Under the pieces are notes generated by a model, which searched no databases, was not told where the DNA came from, and worked only from the letters and a program-made list of their open reading frames with translations. A DNA stretch of 62,267 nucleotides, filler included, from Sphacelaria rigidula (lineage: Eukaryota), in the NCBI GenBank assembly GCA_964200075.2. It is 11 parts of 11 records of this genome, joined end to end, with 100 filler letters (N's around TTAATTAATTAA, not from the genome) between each part and the next. Parts side by side here need not be neighbours in the genome. Positions count along the whole stretch, not along the records: positions 51,030 to 56,598 come from CAXNAA020026249.1; positions 56,699 to 62,267 come from CAXNAA020026250.1; 9 more parts are not named here. One strand, 5' to 3'. The position numbers were made by a program, and so were the translations under genes. This document shows positions 51,550-62,267 of the stretch, piece after piece. Within the stretch, counting starts at the first letter, position 1. Each line of letters opens with the position of its first letter.

Positions 51550-52057
51550 ATGACTCGAGCGCGAGCACTCGAGTCATTGCTCGTTGTGGAAAAACGATTA
51601 TAGGGCGAGCACTCGAGTCATCGCTCGTTGTGAAAAAATGAATAGGGCGAGCACTCGAGTCATTGCTCGTTGTGGAAAAAACGAATAGGGCGAGCACTCG
51701 AGTCATAGCTCGTTGTGCAAAAAATGAATGGGGCGAGCACTCGAGTCATTGCTCGTTGTGAAAAAAACGAATAGGGCGAGTACTCGAGTTATCGCTCGTT
51801 GTGCAAAAAACCAGTAGTGCGAGCACCTGAGTCCCTGCTGCTTGTGAACAAATAAAGAGGGTGAGCACTCGAGTCATTGCTCCTTGTGGGAAAAACGAAT
51901 AGGGCGAGCACTCGAGTCATCGCTTGTTTGTTGTAGAAAAAAGTAATGACTCGAGCGCACGAGTCATGCTCGTCGTAGAAAGTAATAACTCGAGCGCACG
52001 AGTCATGCTCGTTGTAAAAAAGAGTAATAACTCGAGCGCGCGAGTCATGCTCGTTGT
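51550..52057 (+). repeat. Minisatellite of ~43-bp hairpin-forming units (~9 copies plus 3 variants)
   Basis: Unit aatagggcgagcactcgagtcattgctcgttgtgaaaaaa with an internal cgagca...tgctcg stem. Confidence 0.93.
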
Positions 52058-53067
52058 GTTTTCGAAAAACATAAACGAGTGATGGCTCGTCCGACGTATG
52101 AAGAATTACCATCCGTTCAAACTCATCCATTTTTTCAGTACATGTGTGCTTTTTCTTGCCTCCACCACTGGCATGTGCTTACAGCTACACGTCGATATCC
52201 AACTACAGAGAGCATTCGGGACCCTGTGGAGGGGCGTTTGTGAACAGAAACGATTCATTCTCTGCATTCAACGCGACTCCACTCCCAACATGCATCAATA
52301 ATGACAGACGAGATTCACGAGCTAGCGACTGTTTTTCCCTCATGTTTTACATCTTCGCATCAGGAAGGGCCAAGTGGATTGCATTTCCGGCCCCCACCCA
52401 CCCCGCCTCTCAACGAGAGGGGGTACCCTCTGCCGACACCACCTTGTGCACAGGATTCCACTTCTGTACGGGATTGTTTCCATCTGTTTCTTGTTTGGCA
52501 TTTCAGGGTTGACACCTTCCCCGCCATACTCAGAATGCATCATGAAAAAGTGGATACGAGGGTGTAGAAAAAAATTGAATGCCCACGCTCCAGAATATTT
52601 TGTACTCGAGTAGCCGCCATTTCGAGGCCTGTTGTTGCTGTGCATCACTCACATCTCGACACGGGTGGAGTTATCGCATCACGAGTCTCTCACCAACAAA
52701 CCATCAAAAATGATCGAAAAACAAAACGGTGAGAAGGCGAAAAACATTACATCGTGTTTCATCGGAATGCAAGAGCATGTAACATCGCATTCATTCTTGT
52801 GTTCGAGGCTTTCGTCGGAGGCGTGGGTCGTCCCTCACCCCGTGTATCGAATAAAAACAAGTCCCATATGATTCAGCAACACATGTCAGCTGCTTTCGGG
52901 TACAGTAGTTGAAGATTCTTCATTGACCGGTCGCCAACGCACACAAGCAACAGTAACGATGTCTAACCGCATGATTTGACATTATGAACGCACGATCGAG
53001 TGCTCAATGTACAACAGTTGTAATCTACCAACGCATGCTGTCATGCGCATGCATGTGGACAACCAAT

Positions 53068-53562
53068 ATGGCGAGCGGAAACACGACAAAATTCGCTCGC
53101 ATGGTGTCCGGACCAGGTCATCATAATCGGACAGAAACCGGACGAACTTGAAGACCCATCCGAGACCTCGACTGGCTTACTGTTTCTGCTAGCTCGAGTG
53201 CTGTGATCAGGTATATCCATGTGCATGTGAAAAAGCAAGATGGCGGGCGGAAACACGACAAAATTCGCTGGCATGGTATCCGGACCAGATCATCATAATC
53301 GGACAGAAACCGGACGAACTTGAAGACCAATCCGAGACCTCGACTGGCTTACTGTTTCTGCTAGCTCGAGTGCTGTGATCAGGTATATCCATATGCATGT
53401 GAAAAAGCAAGATGGCGGGCGGAAACACGACAAAATTCGCTGGCATGGTATCCGAACCAGGTCATCAAAATCGGACATTAACCGGACGGACTTGAAAATC
53501 CATCTTGGACGTCGACGGGCTTACTGTTTCTGCTAGCTCGAGTGCTGTGATCAGGCATATCC
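53068..53562 (+). repeat. Tandem repeat, 172-bp unit, ~2.9 copies
   Basis: Units start near 53068, 53240 and 53412; the first two are nearly identical. Confidence 0.95.
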
Positions 53563-54139
53563 AACAACCGATTATTTTCCAACAAGCAAAACAAGCACCA
53601 GGATTGGGAAGATGAACGTAACCAAAAATATGGTGCAATTGACCTCTAACGGCGGAAAGAGCTAAAACTAGCAGTACGGGCAAAACCACCGACGTCTACT
53701 GTATTATGAGGACACCACGAGTACTGACGAAATAACATAGAACTTCGAAGAAATCGCAGCAAACCTTGGAACCAATTCGGCAGGGTACCGAAAAAATACT
53801 GTACCTTCTCTAAAATCGATACGAGCTGGTAGTTGAGGAACCATTTCTGCACAAGCCTGAAGATGCCAACGCCGTGCCTCATCATGGCAATTCTCACGAA
53901 CAGCTTCCCCATCTTTGTTCACCATGAGAACGGCATCTCGATACGATTTGATCGCCGCCACTCCCGGCCTCTCACACCACCACCTCTCCTCTTCTCGACC
54001 TCCCAGCAACGGAGGACAACGGCATGGAAAACCAACTACGTAACCGACCACACGCAGCTAACTCGAACAAACGATCATAGCAAGAAGAGTCACTTTTTGA
54101 GCCTCCACCCTGACGAGCCTCGACACGCACGGGGATACA

Positions 54140-54217
54140 TTAGTAGCCCTGACCCATAAGTCCCGGCACGGCACCGGGGATCCAGTGCTCCGAAGCGCAT
54201 GCGGCAACGGCGATCAT
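54140..54217 (-). CDS. Light-harvesting complex (chlorophyll a/c-fucoxanthin binding, LHC) protein, last exon
   Basis: Acceptor cccgcacag; encodes MIAVAACASEHWIPGAVPGLMGQGY*, continuing ELKNGRLA-M. Confidence 0.93.
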   Translation of the reverse strand: MIAVAACASEHWIPGAVPGLMGQGY

Positions 54218-54605
54218 CTGTGCGGGCCCATAAAAACGCAAGCGCGCACAGTTTGTACCTTTTGTGAGCATTTATTCGAGTAGGTTGCACAGATTTGCCA
54301 AGCACATGCGGCAGAATATACCGACATGTGGATCGTCGCTCAATACTCCCCGAATGATATATGCATGACGGTAGCATTATGCGACGTCGGCGCTTGGCGG
54401 TCGCACTCATTCTCGGAGCCAAACTAATTTCGTGCCTCACACAAAATTTGGTACATGCATCAGGAGCCGACACAGTTCGACTGTTATTTTTCTCGACGAA
54501 ATCGGGGGGAATAGCTGCACGACCGCAAATATGCAACTGGAGACGGCTCTTTGTTTTCGCCAACCACAAGAGTCACCATCTACAGTGAAGTTAAGGAGAG
54601 CTTAC

Positions 54606-54663
54606 CGCCAGCCGGCCGTTCTTCAGCTCCTGCAGCCGGAGTTCGTTCAGCTTCTTCTCGTCT
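54606..54663 (-). CDS. LHC protein exon (helix 3 start)
   Basis: Acceptor atcgcag; encodes (P)DEKKLNELRLQELKNGRLA with donor gtaagc. Canonical chlorophyll-binding motif ExxNGRLAM. Confidence 0.95.
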
Positions 54664-55815
54664 CTGCGATAAACCCAACACAATAAATGAAGCAAGAGGT
54701 GAGCAGCAGTTTCTTCCTGTTCATTTGTTTTTTTTCGTATCGCACTCGTGCGACTCTTCCCTGGGCTGAATTATATTTCATTTTTTCTCTCCGTTATACC
54801 TCATTTTGAGGTAGTCTTGACTATGAGAACGGAAGGCGTTCACATCAGAAGCCCAGTTGTTATGACATGGAACAAAGTATCGACCAGTTGGGGTGTCTAC
54901 CAATCACATTTACAGAGCGAAGAGTACTGCGCAGATATCGGGACCGCTTTTGGTACGAAGACGACAAACAAAAATCACAAATTGCACGGTCAACCAACAG
55001 AACTCTCGGGACACTGCGTTGCCGACGTCAGTCTTGGAACACGAGAAACCGACGACCAACAGCACAATAACAGGATCATGTATGGTCATTTTGCATAGAC
55101 GAGAAGTGTCTTGGATTGAGTATAAAATTATTGCAACTGCTGCCGGCCGTCAATAGTTGCGATAGGCCTATACTTTATCCAGTAAATATTTTGTCAACAG
55201 TATTCCATCTACTGACTATATTTTGTCCAGGGTGCGATACTTTCGTACTTGCAACTAATTTTCGACAGCCGATAGATGCTGTCCCGTTCATCTAGTGTCG
55301 GACACGCACGAATCACTGCACGAGCATTGGAGTGATTGATCCCACACTTGTCTTTAATATTGTAGCCAAGATGCCGTCAAAGTGCGACGGGGGGGGGGGG
55401 ACCTCTGACACTGTCGCTTCAGAGGTATCTCAACACGTCCTCGACATATCACTCGTCACACTGCGGTCAATGCGCATGACACGCGTCAAATGCAACGCAC
55501 TCATACTTTGAGGAGTCCCACCAGTGTATTGTGGTACTACAGACCGCATCGCTCCAAGATTTCAGGGTTGCAAACTGCTGATTCGAGGATGCCCGTATGT
55601 ATATCCTGGATGGAAATTCATCTCCCTTTCCTTTTCACATATATCGCCCGATATGCCCGTGATTAAAATCTCACGTCATGATCAAAGAACAACTCAAAGC
55701 TTCACAACCGCGCATCATCTTCAACGCGGTGACGAGACACCGAAAGCACGTCAAGTCTCAAACCTCAGATGAGACTCGAATTGCAATAGTGTAGCATTGT
55801 TGATGAAAAACTCAC

Positions 55816-55922
55816 GGTTTCTTCAAGTAAAGCCCAAGGTCCCCCGCCTCGCGGTCCCCTCCACCGCTCCAAAAGTCGCCGCAGTAAGTCGCACCCTCAG
55901 CGACCGCGTAGAACAACATCAG
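55816..55922 (-). CDS. LHC protein exon (helix 2)
   Basis: Acceptor gtaacag; encodes LMLFYAVAEGATYCGDFWSGGGDREAGDLGLYLKK(P); donor gtgagt. Phases 0 and 2 match the neighbouring exons. Confidence 0.92.
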
Positions 55923-56364
55923 CTGTTACGACCATCATCCACAGAAAACACGGAGGCATGTCACCACCCACATCACAAACACGAACCGGCAATACAGACG
56001 AATAACAGAACACAACAAGGAAGCGTGGGGCGCAGAATCACAAATTATGAGTGACAAGCAGCTCGCACCCCCCAGTGATGGCTTCGATTCGGGAATCTTC
56101 GAAGTGTTTCACGTTAGAACTTAGGGCTGCAGAAGTATGTGTGTTTCTTGCCTCTCTTGAACAGCGAGAAAAGGCTGTGCCCGACGACTTGATCCTCTGA
56201 CGTCAAGTGCAAAATTAACGCGGGTCTGATATCTTCCATGTTCCGCAACTTCTCCGCCAAAAGTGTACCTACCTACCGCACAAAGCGCTTCAGTAAAATC
56301 AATCCTGCGACAACTGCTGGCGACGGAGATCATGACGATAACTTCTCCCAACCGTTGTCCTCAC

Positions 56365-56468
56365 CTGAGCAAGCCCCCCGGGGTTCTTGGAAGCGAACTC
56401 GTTAAACTGGTCGTACCACGGCACCGCTTCGTAACCGAGTCCCGGGAAGAATATCCCTGCTTGGGCAC
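56365..56468 (-). CDS. LHC protein exon (end of helix 1 and loop); upstream exons off contig
   Basis: Acceptor ctgtacag; encodes AQAGIFFPGLGYEAVPWYDQFNEFASKNPGGLAQ; donor gtgagg. Confidence 0.9.
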
Positions 56469-58051
56469 CTGTACAGACGACACCACATGACGCAACAGGT
56501 ACCGAAGCAAGAGCGCGTGGGGGGGGGGAGGGGGGGGGGGGGGGGTGTCCTTGTTTTCGTTTTCCCATAATAGGCCATGTCCCCCCCCCCCCCCCCAANN
56601 NNNNNNNNNNNNNNNNNNNNNNNNNNNNNNNNNNNNNNNNNNTTAATTAATTAANNNNNNNNNNNNNNNNNNNNNNNNNNNNNNNNNNNNNNNNNNNNAC
56701 CGTTCGTCGTGTGGACTTGGGACTCGTGGATATCTTAAAATCACTCTTCTGTTAAAAAATTTCGCCGCAGTTTCCGTCGTTGTTTTTGAAAGCGCAAGCC
56801 ATCGCGTGTGATATGATTGCTGATATCCCGCCTTTTCGTGCCGAGAAAAGTCGCAAAACGTGGTGGGACCCTGGATTATGTTCCATGATCTCACCCTCGA
56901 TGGCAGCGGACCATTACGTGCACCCCCATAATCACTCTCTTTATCACAGTGCGATCTCTTTTTCTTGTCTCGTGAGCCCTTATACCGCTAAGGTAGTCTA
57001 TCTGGATCATGCACACTTCTTTCAAGTGAAATAGATGCCGATTCAACAGATTATTTACCCGCACTGCCTGATTGACCCCTTGACTGCGAGCGTGGTCCAC
57101 TAGTGAATCGACGTCACCTTCTCTTGAAAAAAGAACGAAAATGGTGCCAATTTACAAATGGACCACAGCTCGCAAAGGTTCTGAACGGGGCCTGAGAACT
57201 GTGCCACCTGCTGTGGGTGAAGTTCGACAATCCCAGCGCTGGTGTACCACCCTCAGCATCCATATTTGGACCCGTTCACTCGCCTCGATGTCATCGGGCA
57301 TGCAGCGATTGGCGCAGCCGGGAAACTGGGCCACTTAGAGGTATGAGCAACAACTGGTTCACTTATTCGCCGTGCCGTACCCCCATCCCTGACTTGCTGT
57401 CCCAATTGTATACTTGTATATCTACAGGACCTGCGAGGTTACCGTAGGCTTGCACCAGGGTAAGCAACGGTCATTTTCTGCGCGTTCAACAGGACAACCC
57501 AACACGTGGAGGATATCCGTGTGTTGTTCACGAACTACGTTGGCGCCTGACTGCACGAGGGTCCACGAAAACCATTCCTGTTGCGCACGCAACATCGCCA
57601 CGGCCTCTCCCGGCACACACCCTGCCCCCACCCCCCACCTATCCCACCTACGGAAACCGCATAGTCCATTGTCACACTAATCTTACTCGGAAGTACTTCT
57701 AGAAATTATTTACAACGTTACCTATATATCTTCACGACACGCGACATAATATCTTCTCTCACACATGTTTTTGGGGCAGGGCGACTGCTAGTCACCACAA
57801 GACATTCCCAAACGTACGGGGGAGCGGTCTCCGCTCCCATACGTCCTCTCCCTCTCTTCATCCATCGATACATCGATCCGGCCGCCTGGCGCCGTGATGA
57901 GGAAATACAAGTCCGCCGGCCCAACACTACCACAGCTGTACAAAGTTAGGGCCCCATCTGTTTCTAACGCACCACCGCAATTGATCAGACCCGCAGGGGC
58001 GGAGTACCAACTTTCAGCGCCCAACACTACGAGATGATACACACAGCAGTG

Positions 58052-58322
58052 CTATACGGTGCTCAGAAACACCGCAACAGCTCTATGGGATTTCCTCGGC
58101 ATAGGGGCACTGTTCGCGGCCTTCTCGAGTGACGTCAGCATCTTCACCGGGGCCTTGGCGCACAGCGCATTGGCTATCTTAGCGCCAATTTTGGAGTCCA
58201 CGATACCGCCAGGGTTGATATGCGTCACAGAAATGAAGTCGGTCTTGGTTGGATCGCTGGGATTGGGGCGCATGATGTTCGTCGCGATCATAATCTCGGC
58301 CCGCACGTACTTCTTGCTCCGC
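58052..58322 (-). CDS. START (StAR-related lipid transfer) domain protein, last exon
   Basis: Acceptor aatcag; encodes RSKKYVRAEIMIATNIMRP...VTHINPGG...STV*. YVRA and HxNPGG are typical of START domains. Phase-2 join with 60562. Confidence 0.9.
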
Positions 58323-60561
58323 CTGATTGGGGTCGTTATCAACAGGAACTTATCTCAGAATTTTTCGACTTTTCCGGGGAAATTCCGACTCGGGCCGCTC
58401 CTCACGGCGAGCAATAAAAAAAATCCTGTTTTGATGCTTCTCTGGTCCTTTTGCGTCGTTTTACACCCTGAAAAAGAGGTAGGCGGAGTTTGACACCTTG
58501 GAATGTCTTGCCCTACTCGTTCAGACCGTCGTAGGACGTCTTGCCGTTTTCCGGTGGCCGCACTTTCCATTTTGCTTCAACATTTACGTTTTTGTTCCAA
58601 GGACTGTCAAGAATCGGCCAAACCTAACGACGATCGCCATTTTTTAATCTGAACTTGATCGTCTCGAGACAGAAATACTTGTGTGGTCAAAATAAATACT
58701 GCGGCCACCGGAAAACGCGAAGATGTCCTGGAACCGTCACAACGAGTAGAGCAACTCATTCCAAGGTGTCAAACTCTACCTGGCTCTCTTTTAGGGTGAA
58801 AAACGACAAACTATGGGTGAAAAAAAGCAGTTTCGCAGGAATACTTTTTTGTTTGCCATAAGGAGCGGCCTCACCGAAAAACAAAAACAAAACACGCCGA
58901 AGAACAACTAAACGATAGATTTTCCGAGTAATATGTTGTCACTTTGTAACTGATCTATCCCTTGACCTGGTAAATATGCCGTCTCATCTTCCGGGCAGGA
59001 AATGCTTTTCCCCGAAAAATTCTGGAGAGTTCGAAAAAAAAACCAGCCTCGTAAATACGACGCTTGTAAGCAAGACATGCCCAAGTGGAATTGAGTGAAT
59101 CTCGGGCGGGGAGGCGTGGAGAACGCGGTACGATCAACGGGGTCAAATAGCGTGTTGAGTGAGGTTTCTCTTCACTGCCACTACAGTAGAGGCTCGTCAC
59201 TGTGCTGTACTCATTCAAGCACGGGAAAAAATCTCGGAGGAACAAGTCGGGGTCTACGAATGCTTTACACGAGGAGATTTCTGGCCGATGAGCTATTAAT
59301 AGCTCCGTAGCGTCGATAGATACGCAGGATCTGGGGCTACTTAGGCGAAAGAGTCGGACATGAAATCACACCGACCCTTTACAACTCAAAGTTATCTTCA
59401 AGACATGTGCCCTCTGTGCGTGAAGCAGCGGAATCAGCACACGGGAAAAAAAATATATATATACTAGCTGTAGTAACGCTAGTTGCCGGTGACATCAAAA
59501 CCCTCGAAACCCGCCCTCTATATACACGCATTTGCCGGATTCGAGTGACTGGAATTCTCTTCCCGTAATACTTTTTTTTTTGCGTTCATGTTGATTCAGA
59601 TTTCTCATAACGCACATCATATAACATAAACGACCAAGTTCCACACAGCCTTCATTTTCGTGAGAAAGTAGGAAATTCTCGTCCGGAACGGGGGGGGGGC
59701 ATTCTACTACGAAGACCTGTACTCAGTACCCAGCCGAATACGATTCGTGGTTCACCAAACAAACATAGTAGTCGATCTTTGAAGTAAACATCTTCGCTTC
59801 GAACCGACTTTTACGGGTTTTCCGGTTATCACAACTCATCAAAAATTCTGTTTGATCTCAAACTTCGGGAATCGAGAGACATAAGGACCCGACACAAGTT
59901 TTGAGAAACTAATATGATTTACGACCAATTTTGAACCAGAGACGGGCTCATCGGTCTTTGAAGGGCCCAAGAGAGCACAGGCCCTGCATGTTACTCTTTG
60001 ATATTTTCGCTCGACCAAACCGGTCCGGATCGCTAAAAAGAACGATGCTGTGCCTTCAGGTTTTCTAATTTCTATATTCATTGCGCTTCAGCCGGAAAAA
60101 CGCGTTTGGGGACCATATGCGATCAATAACACCCCTCTCGATGAACGCGGTTTTACTCCGCGTCGTTCCGACAACAAAAAATTGGAAAAGGTGTCCTTGG
60201 CACGATCTGCTTCATTTTAAACGCCCACCGACTCTCAAATTCTCGAGTGAAGGTGGCGAATCTTCTTTGACAAATCCCGATTGAACGGATACCATATTTA
60301 ACGGTCGACTACTGTAGTGCAACCACATTCGGAGAATTACACAACCGTGTCGTGATCGCCTGAATTTTCGGGGGCGGGGGGGGGGGGGGGGGGCTTGCCT
60401 TGCAGCCGGGGGGCCAACAGGGAGGGGGGGGGCGGGGGGGGGGGAAAGGGGGGAGATCTGGGGGGNNNNNNNNNNTGGTGGCGCCGCGGGGGGTGGGTGG
60501 CGGGGCGGGGTGTGTGTGGGGGGGGGTGGGGGGGGGGGGGGGGGGGGGGGGGGGAGCTTGC

Positions 60562-60752
60562 CTTGCAGCCGGGTGCTCAACAGGGCGGTTAACGACGACC
60601 ATGGTGCCATCCTCCAATGTCCGGTAGTGCACGATGGTGACAAAGTCTCGGGCCTTGAAAGGAACATATCCAGGAGACGCAGCCCAGGCAACCTTGGTGT
60701 CAGCCGATAGCCGCTCTAAATCTTTCACCTCGCGGCAGTTCTCGTTGTACTC
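60562..60752 (-). CDS. START domain protein, internal exon (GC donor)
   Basis: Acceptor ttcccgcag; encodes EYNENCREVKDLERL...PFKARDFVTIVHYRTLEDGTMVVVNRPVEHPAA(R), containing the RDFV motif. Donor AG|gcaagc. Confidence 0.9.
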
Positions 60753-61341
60753 CTGCGGGAAGGCACAGGCGGCGGGGTGATCAAGTCGACAGCGCGACGA
60801 CAGAGGAGATGGAAGTGAAAGTGCTCCATACGTCGTGAATCTCATGAGCTACATGAAATAACTAACCGAAGAGGACTCTACTAATGATATCCCTTGTCCA
60901 AAAACACAAAACACGTGACGGCGGGGTCAGAGAAGTCAAAGCTCGGCGTCGAGCGCTGTAGGGAGAAAATATGGAGGAAAGGGACCAAATGAGCCCGCTC
61001 ATGATCCGGATCAATACACTAGTAATAAGTAATGTTCAGGTAGCTTACGAGGCTTGCCGGCGTGTGCAGTGTTCATCGTTTTACGCACGTGGAATACACG
61101 CGTTGCGGCAGCGATGAGCATAGTCCGAACATAGAAAAGAGTAGTTGTCGTTCACCTGCAGGGGGGACCACTGTAACATAACGTGTACCCTTCCGCTCTC
61201 GTTGTTCTCAGAATTTGGCACAAGGTGGAAACTGACTCTAAAATTTCGGCATGGAAAAGTCGAAACGATCAGAATGGACGTGCAGCAGTGGTGTGAACTC
61301 TTTCACAGCTGACAGCAGCACACCGAAAAAAAAAAACTCAC

Positions 61342-61608
61342 GTGAACTCTTTCGTTGTCGAGAAACAGCTTGTAAACCTCGCGCGCATCGGCATCCAATG
61401 TACCGAAAGCCTTAACGCACGCAAACTTTGCCGCGGCCCCCTCGTCCACGACGTCGACGTTGTCGCCGCCGTTCATACCGGAGGATGGTGGAGGAGGCAT
61501 AAATTTCTTCACGACCGTAATCCCGTGCTTTTCGGTTACGTGATCCCACCCATCCGAATCGATCACTGCCATGACTGCTTGCACCGACGCGTCATTTTCG
61601 AGACGTAA
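61342..61608 (-). CDS. START domain protein, internal exon; upstream exons off contig
   Basis: Acceptor gttccag; 89 codons LRLENDASVQ...GWDHVTEKHGITV...CVKAFGTLDADAREVYKLFLDNERVH; donor gtgagt, phase 0. Confidence 0.9.
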
Positions 61609-61829
61609 CTGGAACGAGTGGTTCGTAGTAGCCGGTCGATTGGAGGCAAGAGTTTGTCGCTGGATTAGGCACGCAGGGGAAAGGCTGATGGGATGAGTTC
61701 ATTACATTCAGTCGGCGCACGAAACACGGTGCATGTCTGACTTACAATGGTCGATTTCTGGCAGTAAAGTAGCGAACAATAGTAAAACTACCTTGAATTA
61801 TGATCATTATTGACGGGACTTTTTTTCAA

Positions 61830-61947
61830 CCCTTTGAGAATCCAGTGCTGATTTTTTGTTCTTGTGAATTGGCATCATTTTCAGTAATTTTCAGGTCAAA
61901 ATGATGCCGATTCACAAAACCAAAAACAGTACTGGGTTCCCAAAGGG
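61830..61947. mobile_element. piggyBac-type foldback MITE (118 bp)
   Basis: TCAA|CCCTTTG...CAAAGGG|TTAA, internally inverted (gaattggcatcatttt / aaaatgatgccgattc). Confidence 0.8.
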
Positions 61948-62150
61948 TTAATCGACATTTTCGGAATAACTTCCGATTTCGAAAAAAAAAAATCTATATC
62001 TTCCCGGTAATATGTAGCCAGTCATTGAACTGTTGTATCCTTGACCTGGTGGAGAAATCTGATGTCGCCTTTTTCGGGGAGATACTTTGTTTTCTCCCGA
62101 AAAAGTCGGAAAAGTCTGCAAAGTGTGCAAAAAAAAAAAAGAGCAGTTAA

Positions 62151-62267
62151 CCCTTTGGAACCCGCTGATAATTCTTGTTTTTGTGAATCGGCATCATTTT
62201 GACTTGAAAATGACTGAAAACGATGTCGATTCACAAAAACAAAAGTCGTCAATGGGTTCCGAAAGGG
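62151..62267. mobile_element. piggyBac-type foldback MITE (117 bp), second copy
   Basis: TTAA|CCCTTTGGAACCC...GGGTTCCGAAAGGG at the contig end. Confidence 0.8.

Noticed and set aside
53600..54570. Possible THAP/ISL2EU transposase relic on the minus strand
   Set aside because: Resemblance was weak, and the region is explained as LHC intron, last exon and 3' flank.
60380..60560. Duplicated exon end and polyproline/polyglycine ORFs around small N gaps (also 34230-34390, 49600-49730)
   Set aside because: Low-quality G-run sequence duplicated on both sides of 10-N gaps; assembly artefact.

Overview
Eukaryotic nuclear DNA, most likely from a brown alga (Phaeophyceae), judged from the short exons in long introns, an Ectocarpus-style 72-nt LRR exon, a chlorophyll a/c-type LHC gene and a bipartite plastid presequence. 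The window is not one locus. It is 11 unrelated contigs (eight of 5570 bp, then three of 5569 bp) joined by ten artificial 100-bp linkers (N44-TTAATTAATTAA-N44), so nothing can be inferred across linkers. Nearly all ORFs in the track are spurious. Reading splice sites by hand recovered partial spliced genes: V-ATPase subunit e (2 exons), a light-harvesting complex protein (4 exons), a START-domain protein (3 exons, one GC-AG intron), the first exons of an ABCB-type transporter and of a plastid-targeted protein, two exons of an acidic CDGDVC-motif protein and a lone LRR exon. The rest is transposon-derived: a decayed Sola2-like transposase, LINE RT and endonuclease relics, two tRNA-derived SINE families, Harbinger- and piggyBac-type MITEs, long foldback elements and several minisatellites. 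The most interesting observations are a tailless ~300-bp retroposon-like family that sits in or beside poly-C/poly-G runs, and an intronic miRNA-like hairpin in the V-ATPase e gene. All homology calls come from motif recognition only; no searches were run.
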